DNA of 63,418 bases, filler included, from Reticulomyxa filosa (GCA_000512085.1; 22 parts of 22 records of this genome joined end to end with filler, not necessarily neighbours in it); one strand, 5' to 3'. Shown: positions 26,000 through 40,254, counted from the first letter of the whole stretch. Notes: generated by a model from the sequence alone, not told the origin. Program-made: numbers and translations.

Positions 26000-27560
26000 T
26001 AGACAAAGAAGTGATGACTTGACAATGAAATACATTATCAATTTCTTTGAAGTTTTGGAAATTTGGATGCATCACGACTATAAAATGCTATTTGCTTTTG
26101 CAATAAGTGCTTGTCCAATACTATTCATATGGAACTTTCAATTGTCTTGAGAGTAAGTTCATCAAAACTAAGTGACTGAAAATATGTGATGATGATTCAT
26201 TCAATGCATTTGATTTACTATCACCTTTTACTTTGTTTATACTTCCACTCATTGTATCTTAATAGTATTTCTGTTCTTCAATTATTGCTACGTTGTAATT
26301 AGTTTTATTGGAAAAAAGATGATTATATTCTTGATTACAAAACCACGATAAATGACATCACCCAAACGAATTCGATATCACAATTTTCTGTATTTGTTTG
26401 AATTGGATGGCATGGTCAATGCTTTACAATCGGTAACAAATTTTTCTCACAGAGAGGAAAACATGACTTATTATTATCACTGCAATATACTTTCTTTGCA
26501 ATCACTGACTCTCAATTTGGATTACACTTTTAATATATCCTTTTAACCGTTCTTTATTTTGATACTCATTTCATTACATTTGTTTAATGAAATTGTTTTT
26601 ATATTCATCAAACGATGCACCACATTGCAACTCCAATCTTCAATCAAATCTAGACATTTATGTTTAAATTTCGTCAGTGATAACATAATCCCAATAAAGT
26701 TGTCACTTGTACTTGAAATTCTTTCATTCCTTTTTTATATACTGATTCAAATGTTGTATCTCTTGGCAATTTAATAGAGTTTCTTTTTTCTTTCAATCGG
26801 ATACATATCTCAAATAATAACAATATTTGAGTAATTAGAAATGGTAATGGATATCATCCTTTATCAAATCTTATTTTACTTTTAATTAATGCTCTTTCAA
26901 ATCATTCTGACTTACTCCCAATAAGAAAGTTGCAATAATATTTCATCAATAAATTTTATAATATAATCTTCATCAACCAATTTATCTTTCACATAATCCA
27001 TTGCATATTCAATTCTCTTCATTAAATATATGGCTCGTTGTTTTAATATCCATTTGCATATGTTCATTGCATCTAAATACCCTTTATTATTCTTGTCATT
27101 TTTGTATTTCATAATCAATTCCATAATATTTTCAAAATGGAAGCATTGACAGCACACTCTCTGATATCAATCCATGCTCCTTTTTCAATACAATACTGTA
27201 CAATATCCCACCCAATGTTTGTTATTGATTGCCAAATGCAATAGAATTTGTCGATATTCATTCATAAATCATCTATATCAATATGAAGATTATTCTGCAA
27301 TATAAGTTTCAATTCCTGATAATGCTGCTTTATGAAGGACAGTGCAATGATCATTGTATGAATTTTCATTGTTTAAATATTGTAAAGCATTGTTATTCGA
27401 ACAAGGATATGCAATATCTTTATTACCATAATTCCGTTTTGATTGATGATATTAGTAACACCATCCACTGGTCTGTTTATTACAATAATTTATTAATTCA
27501 TTCAATGGTATCCAAAGTGATATTATCATCATTGCAATTCAATTGGATGCGAGGATTATA
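26000..27560 (-). pseudogene. Ankyrin-repeat multigene family pseudogene
   Basis: NEYRQILLHLAINNKHW [frameshift] WDIVQYCIEKGAWIDIRE near 27165-27265. Flanking coding-like frames are broken by stops; outer boundaries are approximate. Confidence 0.6.
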
Positions 27561-27879
27561 TATCAGCATTTTTAGAAAATTTTCAATGCGTAGATATTTG
27601 TAAAAAAAAAGATTAATCTTCTACGCTGCGTAGTTTTTGAGAAAATTCAATTTTTTGTTAACAAAAAAATTTTTTTTTTGCAGAATTTAATGTTATTTTC
27701 AAAGTTTGTACATTGTGAATGTATAATGGTTTTTGACTACTGTTTGCTTTATCTTTACTTATTATTGGTTTTTTTGCTTTTTTTTTGTTTGATGCCAATT
27801 AAATCAAGTTAATTTAAAAGCATATGAACTGAATTTTTTTTTTGCGGTAAGATTGTTTTCAATGAAAGTTACCATTTGG

Positions 27880-27985
27880 TTACATTACTTTTTGCATTGT
27901 ATACTGCTGAAAATTTCATATAATATACATCATCTGAATGCCCATTGAATGCTTGAATTGTTTATTTGTTTCAACATCCAATATA
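27880..27985 (-). pseudogene. WD40 repeat relic
   Basis: DVETNKQ [frameshift] IQAFNGHSDDVYYMKFS. Confidence 0.65.
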
Positions 27986-28487
27986 AAAGCAAGTCATAAT
28001 TTTTCTATTAATTAGTATCAAAAACAAAAATAACAGAATTTGATTCTGATGGAATGTATGGTTTCCAGATAAACAGACTGCAATAAAATTGTGGAATGTT
28101 CAATTAAACATGTACAGATATTCCTTTAGATGAGAATAAAATTATATCATACAAAAATAGTCAATGGTTGATTTAACCAAATGCACATCTAAATTTCACA
28201 TACAATAGTTAATGTATTTCTTAGATCACAGAAATAGTTTTGAAGAAGTAGAATATCCAATCTTAAATTTCCACAATTAGTGAACAAGAAAATTTTTTTT
28301 GGAATGAATTAACTAGTATTGAATGTGCAACTACCATTTGTAGTAAACAAAGTTACACAATACAAAATTATCTATCTTTTTGTTTATTAATTAGAGTAGC
28401 CATAACAAATAAGACATTGTAAAATTAAAAAACATATCACTCAATTAAATCAAAAAAGATCAATATTTTAGTCTACCCGCTTTTGTA

Positions 28488-28838
28488 CTATCCCCAAATA
28501 CGAATCATGCCTTTGACTGAACCATAACACAAATTGACATTGCAAATACTGTCATCAGTATTTTTACTTCCATTCTCTTTGTTTCTAAATGGTGAAAATT
28601 GAAGAGAACATATTCCACCATCTTCATCATTCCCTTTGATCACATGTAATTGCTTATTAGCTCGAATGTCCCAAAAACAAATTGTATTATCATGTGATCC
28701 AGAACATATTACATTTGAATTAATAATCGATGTTCCATCACTATTATTATTGTTACTTCTCACAAATGGGGAATATTCAATAGCATGTACAGTGCTTGTA
28801 TGTCCTTTAAATACATGTATTTCTTTGTTTGATCGAAT
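28488..28838 (-). CDS. WD40-repeat protein, 3' end (lineage-expanded family)
   Basis: IHVFKGHTSTVHAIEYSPF...VICSGSHDNTICFWDIR...ICSLQFSPF...LCYGSVKGMIRIWG*. Confidence 0.9.
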   Translation of the reverse strand: MRSNKEIHVFKGHTSTVHAIEYSPFVRSNNNNSDGTSIINSNVICSGSHDNTICFWDIRANKQLHVIKGNDEDGGICSLQFSPFRNKENGSKNTDDSICNVNLCYGSVKGMIRIWG

Positions 28839-28938
28839 NNNNNNNNNNNNNNNNNNNNNNNNNNNNNNNNNNNNNNNNNNNNTTAATTAATTAANNNNNN
28901 NNNNNNNNNNNNNNNNNNNNNNNNNNNNNNNNNNNNNN

Positions 28939-29137
28939 CATAGCACGTGTCAATGGATTGTTCAGGATCATCGAATAATGGAACTAATTTATTTTGTGAT
29001 TGATAGTGTCCCTTCAGTTTTTGTTCGATTGAATGTAATTGTTCGTTTTCATTTTGCGCTTTGCCGTTGTCATTTTTTTCTTCGTTAATACTTGAAGCTT
29101 GCAAAAGATCCTCTTTTGCTCCTATTTGGGCATCCAT
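28939..29137 (-). CDS. N-terminal fragment of a probable NACHT/STAND-type protein; truncated by the contig end
   Basis: KLKGHYQSQNKLVPLFDDPEQSIDTCY resembles the segment that precedes NACHT P-loops. The P-loop itself is not in the window. Confidence 0.45.
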
Positions 29138-31728
29138 GGGACTTCTTCTTCTGAAATGTTGAAAACTTTTGACGAGGGGCTTGCTTAAAATTTTTTTAGA
29201 GTTTTTTTTGTCAGCTAGATGTTTTGTATAATTTCAATATATCTCACAAAATACCCCGGTTTGTCACTCCTTTGAGAAAGAAAAGATTAATGTTTTATTT
29301 GCTGGATTCTTCCTGTAGTTGATGCAAACTTTTTTTTGTTCAATTTGAAGCCTATTTGCTACTTGAAAAACTAGGGCCATATTTTGTTGTACCCTTTTTT
29401 TTTTGTGAAGAAGGTGCTCACAGTAATGCTATTATTTGTCAAATCTCCATCACTTAATTATTTTTGCTCATGTTTTTTTGAATTGTTTGTTTTGTCATGT
29501 TGTGAATGTGGTATTGCAAATTCAAATTTCTAAATAAAAAGTGCTTGAGTAATACCAATAAGTTACGTCAAATGTATTTTATGAAATGTTAAACATTGCA
29601 TATGATCAAATACTTTTTAATCTTTCAAAAATTTCAATTGGATATTATTTGCGATGAATTTTCTTTGCAATCAATAATATTCTTTACAGGTTCCACTTTG
29701 CCTCTTTTTTTTTGTATGTATTGTATTTGTTTCTTCAACATTATTTCAATTGATGATTTGTAAGTATTTGAGACAATTGAAGAGTTCAGAGTCTAGTAAA
29801 TGTGTGCTGAGAGCAAACTCCATTTCAATTGTTAGTTTGTGATAATTGGATGGACGCGATTTTTAAAATAATTGATTTATTTCAAACATAAATTTAAACA
29901 AACGCAATCGAATCTCAAAAAAACTAAGATCATGATACTTTCTGTTCATTTCAAAAATAAATTGATGTTATCATGTCGTTTTGAGAGCATTACCAAATCG
30001 TGAACCCTTCTTGCGCAAATGGATACACACGTGACAACGAAAACACTGAATACATCTTTCCAAAGCGTTGAAATTGTTAATAAGCGAACATAGCATCGAT
30101 CTGAAAGACTCTGAGCGAATGGAACAATTTGCATTATTACTGAAATGAATGTCAGTAGCCATATGGTATGCATACACATATTTTGTTATTAAAGAGTTTA
30201 TATCAAACTATCCTTGGAACAATTCCATTTCAATGATACACAATGTCGTCACTTCACAACAACTCGAGGTATGCACGAACGTTTTTTTAACGTACAGGGC
30301 GGACTGAGACGTGAGTGTGTTCGAATAGACCAACCCGTTTGACAAACAGTACCCTCATGTACTTGCTATGTACATATTGCTTCAATATCTTCGATCCATT
30401 CGTCGTGGTCCAGCTACAACATTACACTTACTCGTCGATTGGATTTATATATCCTTCACAAAAAAAAAAACGATCTTGCAGGAATGCGTGAGGGAATGAC
30501 AAGTATGTACAGGTATCTTTTTTGAAAAGGCTTCACATCTTGTTTACTTGTCACAAATTAAAGAGCACACAATCAATTTTTTTGAGATGATCTCTTTTCT
30601 CATTCAATCAACAAAAACAAACATAGTGTAAAATAATTGACAGTTATTCGATTTTCCAATTTCAAAACAAAAAATACAGATGAATATTTTTGCATGATCA
30701 ATGGCCACGAATATACTTGTGCTTTTATTAGAAAGCATTAAATCATTCACTGATCCTGCTTTTTTCATTTTTGTTTTTTTTTTTTGATTGGAGATTATTC
30801 TCTTTTTTTTTGTTCGTAGCCTTAAAATAGAAGGCGTGACTAACTTGAAGAGTTGGAATGAGAAAAACATTAACTTTTGTCCACCTTGAGTTATGGTGTC
30901 GTAAAATAAAGTACAACAAATTTCATTATCCTGATCAACTCAGTATTCCAATAAATTGTTTGCCACAAATTTTTTTTTTCATCGTAGAGCGGCTTTATTG
31001 CTCATTTGCTGTCATTTCGTTTGAGTGTAGGGGATCAGACGGAGTAGAAAATCTTGCGTGAAAAACTTTGGCCNNNNNNNNNNNNNNNNNNNNNNNNNNN
31101 NNNNNNNNNNNNNNNNNTTAATTAATTAANNNNNNNNNNNNNNNNNNNNNNNNNNNNNNNNNNNNNNNNNNNNCTCAAAAAGTACATGTTCACTTTTTTT
31201 CTTCATGGATACGGTTTTCATCCTTAATGTTATTATTGACCCAAATGAAAACGAACGCAATCCCAGTAATGTAATAACTATCACAGCATCAACTCTGAAT
31301 CACATAAAAAATCTGTGAAAATTTATTGTAAGAAGTAGTTTAATTTGATAGATTTAATCAATATAATAATCTCAATTTTTCTTGTTTTCCTTGAAGGCTA
31401 TACAAAGATCGATGATTTGCTTGAAAAATGTATACACAATGAAAAACACTACATTGTTTTTCTGGCTCTTTCTTTTGATTAAAATTAAATGTTATTTTGA
31501 AGCGGACGACTCCGTTTTTGATACTTAAAAAATTAAAAATAAAAATTGTGATTTCTTTCCTTTCACGAAAAATGACAGGTAAATATATTATACTAGTTTC
31601 TTGTGAATGCTCAATTATTTTATTTATGGAATTTGTGAATGGTAGGGAAAACCTGTTGAAAAAAAAAAATTTGAAGAAAAAAGGACAAACAAGCAAAAAA
31701 AAAAATATAAGTGGTTATATTTACAGAT

Positions 31729-34690
31729 ATGAGCGAACTTTGTCCAATTGGGCTAATTTTTTGGGAAAAGGATGGTACAACGAAAATATGTGAGTTTTGG
31801 CAGCTATGGAACGAAGGAATCGAAATAAAGTCTAGAGACGACAACGGACACGAAGCGGCATCAGTGGATTACACATTAGTGGACGGGAAGTATTTGAGCG
31901 TGATCTATTCACGACAAACAGATGACAAGAAATCAAATCAAAAGAGAAAATATCTGAGCAATATATCTGACTTTGTGGGCGAATACTTGTCACAATTGAG
32001 ATATTCACTGTACAGTGACAATGAAGCGGGAATTGACAACGATGACAGCGGTGAAATTTCTCCTTCAGTTTGGAATAACATCATCATCACCCTTTTGTTT
32101 TATTTGTTTAATTTGTTTAATGTATTTATTTAACTTATTTATGTGTTTGCCCATCTCGATGTGTGATGTATGTTATTTATACCTCGTGAACGAAAATTTG
32201 CAAATAACATCAACCACGCGACAAATTCCGAACAGACCCGAAGACGCCAACATCTGCTTGGAGAAATGGTTCTTAATGTTTTTCCACTTTTTTTTTTTTG
32301 ACTGTGCGGTTTTTTTGCACATGTTTTTACAAACTCAAAACAAAAGCTACACGAATATATATATATATATATATATGTATTTATATAAAAAAAAGGGGTA
32401 ATATATGTAACCAATAGTTTCTATGTAATATTAAATATATATACATATTCATACATATGTATATATAGATATATATATATTATATATAATATGTATATAT
32501 GCATATATACATATATACATATATGTATACATATGTATATGAATAGTATTCACGAATATCGAGTATCGAAGAAGTGATTGACCGTTTAGAAAGCAGTGCG
32601 ATGCGACAGGAATTGTCACATGGATGGTTGTTGCGATCGGACGAAGGAGGTAGTGACGAGAAAGCAGAGAAGGAAGACAAGGACAAGAATAAAGACAAAG
32701 ATAAAGATAAAAATAAAGGTGAAGAGGAAGCAGGAACTGCCATTGACGAGTCTTTGGTAGTGCAAGTGTTATCAAACACAAACATGTCTCCTCGAAAACA
32801 GCGTTTCCAAAGGGAATGCGCCAAAGAGTATTTTGTGCCATCACATAAATCCGATAAGATGCACGACAACTCAAAGGACATGGTGGGGCAATTAGTTACG
32901 TTTTCGATGCATCTTTGAAAAAAAAAAATGAAGTCGAGAGGAATTTTAAGATATGACTGTTTTCTAATCAATAATTAATAATAACAATAACAATAACAAT
33001 AACAATTATAAAAAAAAAAAGTAAGTTTGTGTATGTTGTGTGTGTGTGTGTGTGTATGTGAATAGGAAAATTTGAACTTGTTATGTGACTTTGTCGAAAA
33101 AGAGATGCGCTTGCTTTCGTCAGAGGAGTTATCGAAAAGCGATTTGAATGTGCGACGACTGCAAACGGAGATAAGATCGTACCGCGAGGGGATTCGGAGT
33201 TTGTCGATCGCACTGAACCGCACGTTGGACGCGGTGAACGAAGAGATCCTGTCAATCCGACTGAACTCGAGTCACATGGAGCCCCCGCCGGAGCCACTGA
33301 TGAAGTCGTTGTCACAAGCGAACGTGCACGCGCCAGCGTTGAAGTCGCGCAGCTCCGTGACAGTGACTATTAGTAGTCCGAACGTGACGGACACGGACGC
33401 CTCTGCAGGAGCAGGTACTGGTAGCTCTGCCGTAGGAGGAGGAGCAGGTCGTGGAAGAGGACGAGGACGAGGAGGAGGAGGAGGAGGACATCAACTCTAT
33501 GCCAGCACGTCTAATTTGCCAGGGAAGACCAAGTTGACATCTTCGGCATCGTCACGTAATCTGTTGGGCAGCAGCAACAAAAAGGGACAGCGTCTGAGTG
33601 TGGAGTTGTTGGGCAATCGCGACATGGCATTGTGGGAAGATCGCGATAGCGTGTGTTCCGAGGACAAAGACTCGAGACTGAGCCTGAGCGACTACGGCGC
33701 ACCTCCATCGCCGTCGGGCAGTATATCGAGCACAATGAGTGTGAACACGCGCGAAAAAGCGTACAAGCAAAAGTACGACGCTCTGCGCGAGGAAATGAAA
33801 AGCAAAGATGCACTCATCAAGACGATGCGCAATGAAAACAAAAAATATCGCGAAGAGAAGATGGCTGCGATGCAAGAGTTGAAAATCTTACAAGCCAAAT
33901 CAGGCACAGCCGGAGGAGGAGGAGCTGCTGCTTTAAAAAAAAAAAGTCAATCACTAATATGGCCGGAGCTTTGAATGATAGCGAGACACAAATGAGCGAA
34001 GAGGAGATGGTCGTCATGATGCAACGCTTGAAAAAAGAAAACAAGGACTTACGCAAGTCCAGAAACTCGTTGCAAAGTGATCACTTATTGCTCGGTAAGA
34101 TTGAAGGCAAGCTGCGCTACAAACTGGAGATTCTGATGAAGAAACTCAGCCATTTGCAGACTGAACTGCCTGCTCATATCCAGAAGAGACTACATGCTGC
34201 AGGCGCGGGTGGCGGTAGCAGTGCGAATGGCAGCAATGGCGGCGGCAGTGGTGGCAGCATCGAGGATGCCATCGATGCCTTGATTGAACATGTAACGTGG
34301 GTGAGCGAGCGCTACGTGACAGCGGAGAACGAGCTAAAAGCCAGTCGCGAAAATGCGAGCTCCAACTTGGACCAGCTCTGTCAGGACCTGAAACAGTTTG
34401 CCACGGAAAATCGCCTGCTCCAGAAAAACGCACTGCGCGATGAAGACTGGATGGCCGACATTACACGCGTGCAGGCCGACAAGCCACGTGACGAGCACTC
34501 ATGGCAAACGCTGTTCACACATATGAGTAAGGCATTGCAAGAAGATCGAGATGGACGAGAAAACATTATGAAATGGATTGAAAACAATGCATCATCATCT
34601 AATGCATCATCAGCTAATGCACCATCAGCGTTTTCATCATCGACAACAACAATAACAAGAAACAGTAGTAATAAGATTAATAATAATAAC

Positions 34691-34725
<35 letters not shown>

Positions 34726-36892
34726 AAGCTTCACTGATTGTGTGATGCAAACGATGAAGAACATGCAAACGGAACAACGACAGCTACAAGCGGAGAACAA
34801 GCGAATCCAGAAGGAGACGCAGGAGGTCAAGGACACGCTGAAGGAGCTGCGCAGCACCTTGTCTCGCGAAGAGAGCGAGAAGAAGCAGGAGCAGGACGAG
34901 GTGGCGAAGCTCGAGTCGCAGATGGCGGTGTTGCGACGCGAAAACGCGCAGTTGACTGACTCAGCAAAAGACATGAAGGACCAGATGAAGGACATGCAGT
35001 CGCAAATGACAGTGTTGCGACAGGAGAAGACGGACGTGACCAATCAGTTGCAAAAAGAAAACGACGAAATGCAGTCGCAAATGACCATATTGCGACAGGA
35101 GAACGCGGACACGGACTCGGCATATCAGCAAATGCAAGAGCAAATGAAGCGTATGCAGGCGCAGTTGGACCAGATGCAGAACGAAAAGTCGCAAATGTCC
35201 AAACTGATGGAGCAAATGAAAGACGAAAAAGAGGAACTAAAGTCGCAAATGACTGTAATGAGACAAGATAAAAGCGAAACCGAAAACACGCTCAAAGAGG
35301 TGCGACAACAACTGGATCGATCCAATGCCGCCATGTCCACGGCGACCAAAGAGTTTGAAGACTCAATGCGCAAACTACGCGCGGAAAATGCCTCCTTGCA
35401 AACGGAAAAGAAAGACTTGCAAGCGACGAAGGATGAGCTGCAGGCGCAAAATCGCACATTGGTGAAAGACAACGAAACGAAGAAAGAAAGTCTGCAAGAA
35501 GTGAGTGGCGAGCGAGATGTATTGAATGATGAGTTGCTATTGTTGCGAAAAGAGCATGAGGAGTTGAAAAAGGAATTAGGAAAGCTGTCGATGAAAGAGG
35601 TGAAAACGACAATGTCGATAGGTATTCAGACGGACCCGGTGGATTTTACAGGAATGATCAATGAAGAGTTTTCCAACCAAATGAAGTGCTTGATGGAGGA
35701 AAACGCAGAGCTATTGAATGAAATCAATCGCTTGATTCAGGAAAAGTCGAAATTCAATGACTCGAGCGAGTCGCATAAAGGAGAAGTGCTATGCATGGTC
35801 ACATCTCCACAAGAGTACTTGGCTTGTACCGGTGGCAATGACTACACGGTGAGATTATGGAAACCTAATAAGACGGTCGAAGGGGGGTCTCCACCTGCGT
35901 TTGAACCTTGTGCATGCGCGCTGGTGGAAGGCAAGATCTTGTCTCTGGCGATCACTCGTGACGGACGCAAACTCGCATGTGGATGCTCGGTTCGTGATAC
36001 TCCCAATGGCTACGTCGTGGTGTGGGACGTCCCCAGTCGACAGGTGCTGTGCAACTTGCGAAGTCGACCCACACAGAGGTTTGGTAAAGTGTCGGCAATT
36101 GCCTTTGGCAATGATTCGTGGATTTTTGCTGGGGATATCACTGGACAAGTGTATGTGTATGATGTCGCTACACAACAACAGCTTGCTCACATTCACGGAC
36201 ACAAGGATGTTATTCATCAGCTGCGAATATTGACGAATAATGTGATGATTAGTGTGTCGCATGACCAATGGATTGGTCAGTTTGACTTGACGTCGATGAA
36301 TGCAAACTTATCCATTGCAACTTCTGCTACTGCAGGAGGAGGAGGAGGAGGGCTTACTAGAACTGCCAGCTCCAAAAAACGTCTTAGCAAAGATATCAAA
36401 CAATCGTCATCCACCTCTTTGTCGCAAGTCAAAATGACGGGGAAATCAATTGGCGTTGGCAGTGCGGCCGATTTGAAACACTTCCAAGTTGAATTCCTTT
36501 TCCGAGATGAAAAGTATCCTTTGCTTACGAGCGACTTCTTTGATTCCAAACGCATCATCACTGGCTCGCGCAAACTTATCTTGATCCCCTTGAAAAATAA
36601 AGACAGTGATTCCGACGAAAAAACAACTGAGGAAGTGTTTGGCTCTGACAAAGATTTAGATCGAATCCAACATGTCTCTGTGTTTCGAGACAAATTTGTC
36701 ATGGTTCACAGATCCAAACTCGATTATGTCAAAGTTTTTAACAGTGTCGACGGGTCTCTGGTGTGCAAATGCGATGCTAAAACTGGTAACATTGCTGCTA
36801 TTGGATATTCTTTTGATGGCAAATTTGCTATTGTTTGTTTATCCACAAGATCTCCAACGGCAGGCACTCTCCCAACTTTTGTGATTGGTTGA
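31729..36892 (+). CDS. Large multi-exon protein: unknown N-terminus, long coiled coil, C-terminal WD40 propeller; frameshift at the A11 run 33935-33945
   Basis: Exon ORFs at 31729, 32574, 33072 and 33959; heptad-rich region ~34750-35750; WD motifs SHKGEVLCM..TGGNDYTVRLW, YVVVWD and GHKDVIH..VSHDQWI. Confidence 0.8.
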
Positions 36893-37533
36893 TCAAGTTC
36901 TAACCCCTTTTTTTTTCCTTTTTTTTAGCCGTCGATCATCTTAACTTTTTTTTTTCCTCCCTTTTTTTCCCCCCCTCACTTTTTTTTATTAGTGGAATTG
37001 TAAGTTTTGTTCTTTTTTGGGCTGGGGTTATCTTCGTATCACGCAACGTTCTTTCTCCACTTCAAATTCGTTCAACTATGTTGTAGTGAACAAGGAACAA
37101 TATTTCATGATGGACAACATTTTTTTTAATAGATTTTCCATAGCATATTCCATTGAATTCAAAAATATGTTTGTCTTTCAATCAAATAATTCTATTGTTG
37201 TTTTTTTTGTGAGAGTTGAATCTACCATTAAAATGATTTTATTTTTCTGGATGTTTCAGTCGCAGGGTAATGTGATTAAGTAGTATTCTGCAAAAAATTT
37301 GAAAATCACAATGAAAAAAAGCATTTCAGTCACACAAAATTATGACTGAAATAATGTCTTAGTTTATAGAAGAACATAAATTAACACAAGTATGCTTGAT
37401 TTTTCGATGACGAAAAAGACTTACAAACCCAAACTCAGATACATTTTAGTGATTTCTGCAAAGAATATGTCAACAAGCAGATGCGTTTTGATGAAATACA
37501 ATTAAGCCATAATAAATTGAAATCGACAAAGAA

Positions 37534-37740
37534 TTATTGTAATTGTGGTGTGGTTGTGTTATTTTGTTTTTCTTCTGATTTTTTGAATTTGCGATATCCA
37601 TAAAACACAGATCCAACAGCCACAAAAACACCAGCTCCTAAAAGTAAATTTTTCATCCAAGGATTTGTGTCTTCTAATTCCTCAAGATCTTCTTCAAACA
37701 TATTTTCATCAATAGGACCATATCCATCGCTCCTAAACAT
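37534..37740 (-). CDS. Terminal exon of a tail-anchored membrane protein
   Basis: Acidic stretch, a single TM helix (LLLGAGVFVAVGSVFYGY), basic tail and stop. Confidence 0.5.
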   Translation of the reverse strand: MFRSDGYGPIDENMFEEDLEELEDTNPWMKNLLLGAGVFVAVGSVFYGYRKFKKSEEKQNNTTTPQLQ

Positions 37741-37863
37741 ATAAATAAATAAATAAATAAATANNNNNNNNNNNNNNNNNNNNNNNNNNNNNNNNNNNNN
37801 NNNNNNNTTAATTAATTAANNNNNNNNNNNNNNNNNNNNNNNNNNNNNNNNNNNNNNNNNNNN

Positions 37864-38456
37864 GCCTTTTATTTACAGTTTCGAATGTGGATGTGGATCT
37901 ATCTTGTTTGCTAAGAAAGGGACTGAATCTAACCAATGGCAACTTAGTCACTAGTGATATGATTGATATCACAAATTGCAGTCTAAAGATTGCGATAAGG
38001 AGGATGTATTATCATTACATTGATTCAAATTCACGAATGCAAATCAACTTGTCTTACTCTGATCGAACTTACATCCAAGATTTTGTCAAAAAGTACCTGG
38101 AAGAAGACTCCAAAGCTGATTTACATTTACTTTGCGAAAGCTTGTGGAACTTTAATCGAATTAAGTTTTTTGTAGATACCGAATTTGAGCTGGCAAAGAT
38201 TACTCGTTACAAATGCATGCCAACTGAGTTGATTCACATTCTTACTTCCTTTGTACAAGAGATAGGGTTGGAAGCGGTACCTATGATTGAATGTGCATAT
38301 ATTCAAGTATTGCATCTAATCAATGAGCCCCTCCATCGTTTGACTCGTACTCCTGATTGGACATTCTATCATGTTCAAACTATCAGAGAATCAATAGAAT
38401 ATCATCAGCAAACTTTGAAACAATTTCAGAGACCAATAAGACGGCATTGGCCATGA
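37864..38456 (+). CDS. RGS-domain protein, 3' fragment
   Basis: IRRMYYHYIDSNSRMQINLSYSDRTYI and AYIQVLHLI match RGS-domain helices. Confidence 0.7.
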
Positions 38457-40254
38457 TCCAATTTAACGTTTAATATTCATTTTTTCTGTCCTTTTTTGTA
38501 AATCCTTGCTTTGAAATAATATATATTAGAAAAAAATGTTGGGTGAGTTTGCATTAGTTTTTTGCTGCATTTTGAACTAAATTCATTCTTGTTGGTTGCT
38601 ATTTTAATTTCAATTTTATCGTTGATTTGGTTGCTTTTGTAACACATTTTTCTTCACGAAGATATTTTCCGATACAAAAGTAACAATATTTTGTTAATAA
38701 TTATCAATAAAAAAACTGTTGTCGTATTGTGATTTCCAAGCAAATGCGCCATTGCAAGTGATAATACTGTTGGAGTACTGTTCAAGAAGTTGGTCCAGCT
38801 GTTCCTTAATGGCTTCTTTTTTTACTTTTTTAGCGTCATATTCAAAACTCGAATTTATTTCAGTTTGCGAAAGTTATGCTAATTGTTTTGAACTACAGTA
38901 GGTTGCAAAGAAAATTGAACGCCTAAAACGATATCTTNNNNNNNNNNNNNNNNNNNNNNNNNNNNNNNNNNNNNNNNNNNNTTAATTAATTAANNNNNNN
39001 NNNNNNNNNNNNNNNNNNNNNNNNNNNNNNNNNNNNNTACGTTTCGTGGTCGTCATCATTATAATCGTCGTTGCGCTTGATGTTGCCACATATCATCCAG
39101 CAGTTTCCATTGGGGGGCTACTATGTGAAATTGCTAAGGATGCGCAAAGTCGCCATTTATGTACGTGAAGAGCCATAACCAAAGTAATATCTGCAAACAA
39201 TCTTTTTTTTTCCCTTTTAAAAAAACAACTCCAACGATGGTATGGACTTGGAATAATCTTTTTCTTCTTCTTTATCATCATCATTATACTCACTTTCCTC
39301 TTCTTGTTCGCTGATGATCTTTGGCTTGAGTATCGCAAAACTAATCCAAATTGGGGCCATAACAACATCAGGAGAATTGTCCCATGTGAGAGTGGCTTAT
39401 TCGATCGCAATATGTGATTTTTCGCATCCTCTTTTTTTTCTCCCCCTCTATTTCTTCGATTAATCCAGTCGATGCTGCTGTGATGATACCATAAAGTCGA
39501 TATCGTTTTGTTTTTTTTTTTTTTTGCGCAGTATTTTCACGTCTTTCTTCAACGATTCCAATGCCATCTTATGATGAATATTTTCAAAATACTAAATTCA
39601 TCCACTCTTGTCAATCTTATGATTAGTGACACCACATTGACGTTGGATAATGACATATTCTTAGAAATTTCTGCATCCATCAATATAAGTGTCCATTCGG
39701 TAATAATTGGATTGGTGATTTAATGACCGAGGGACGGTACCATTCGTATTTGCATTTTTATTATTGAACGTATTCATTCTTGATGTTCTTCAGTGCAATG
39801 GTTCAACGATTTTTGAGTGCTCCAAATATCCTACGCGATTCAAAATTTAAAACCACGTCGACTCAAATTGGCGATATTCACTTTATTTTTTTCCAACTGC
39901 TGGGACAATGCAACCAATACAAAGTATTGCGTCGCATCCAACACGCTCTCTGTTGTTTATAGTAGAACTCCGGAGACCATCACTGCAAGAGTTTATTGCT
40001 TTGCGTCTGTTCAATAAGCACCGATGACCCTTGACGAAATAAACTAGAAAATGCAAACAGTTCTATCTATCTCTTTCTTTTCACTGATCATTAATGCTTA
40101 CTTTTCACCCCAACAACAGCGCGCTCACGAATAATAATCCAAGTTGCGAATTTGCGCACGCATACGATCAATTTCTTTTTTTTTTTTTTGCGCTAATAAA
40201 AGTAACGTCATTTCCATAATAATTGACTTTCACTCGTTTTTTAGCGCCGGTAGA

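Noticed and set aside
29946-30540. Coding-like GC-richer block on the minus strand
   Set aside because: The frames are broken and no family motif is recognisable, so no call can be supported.
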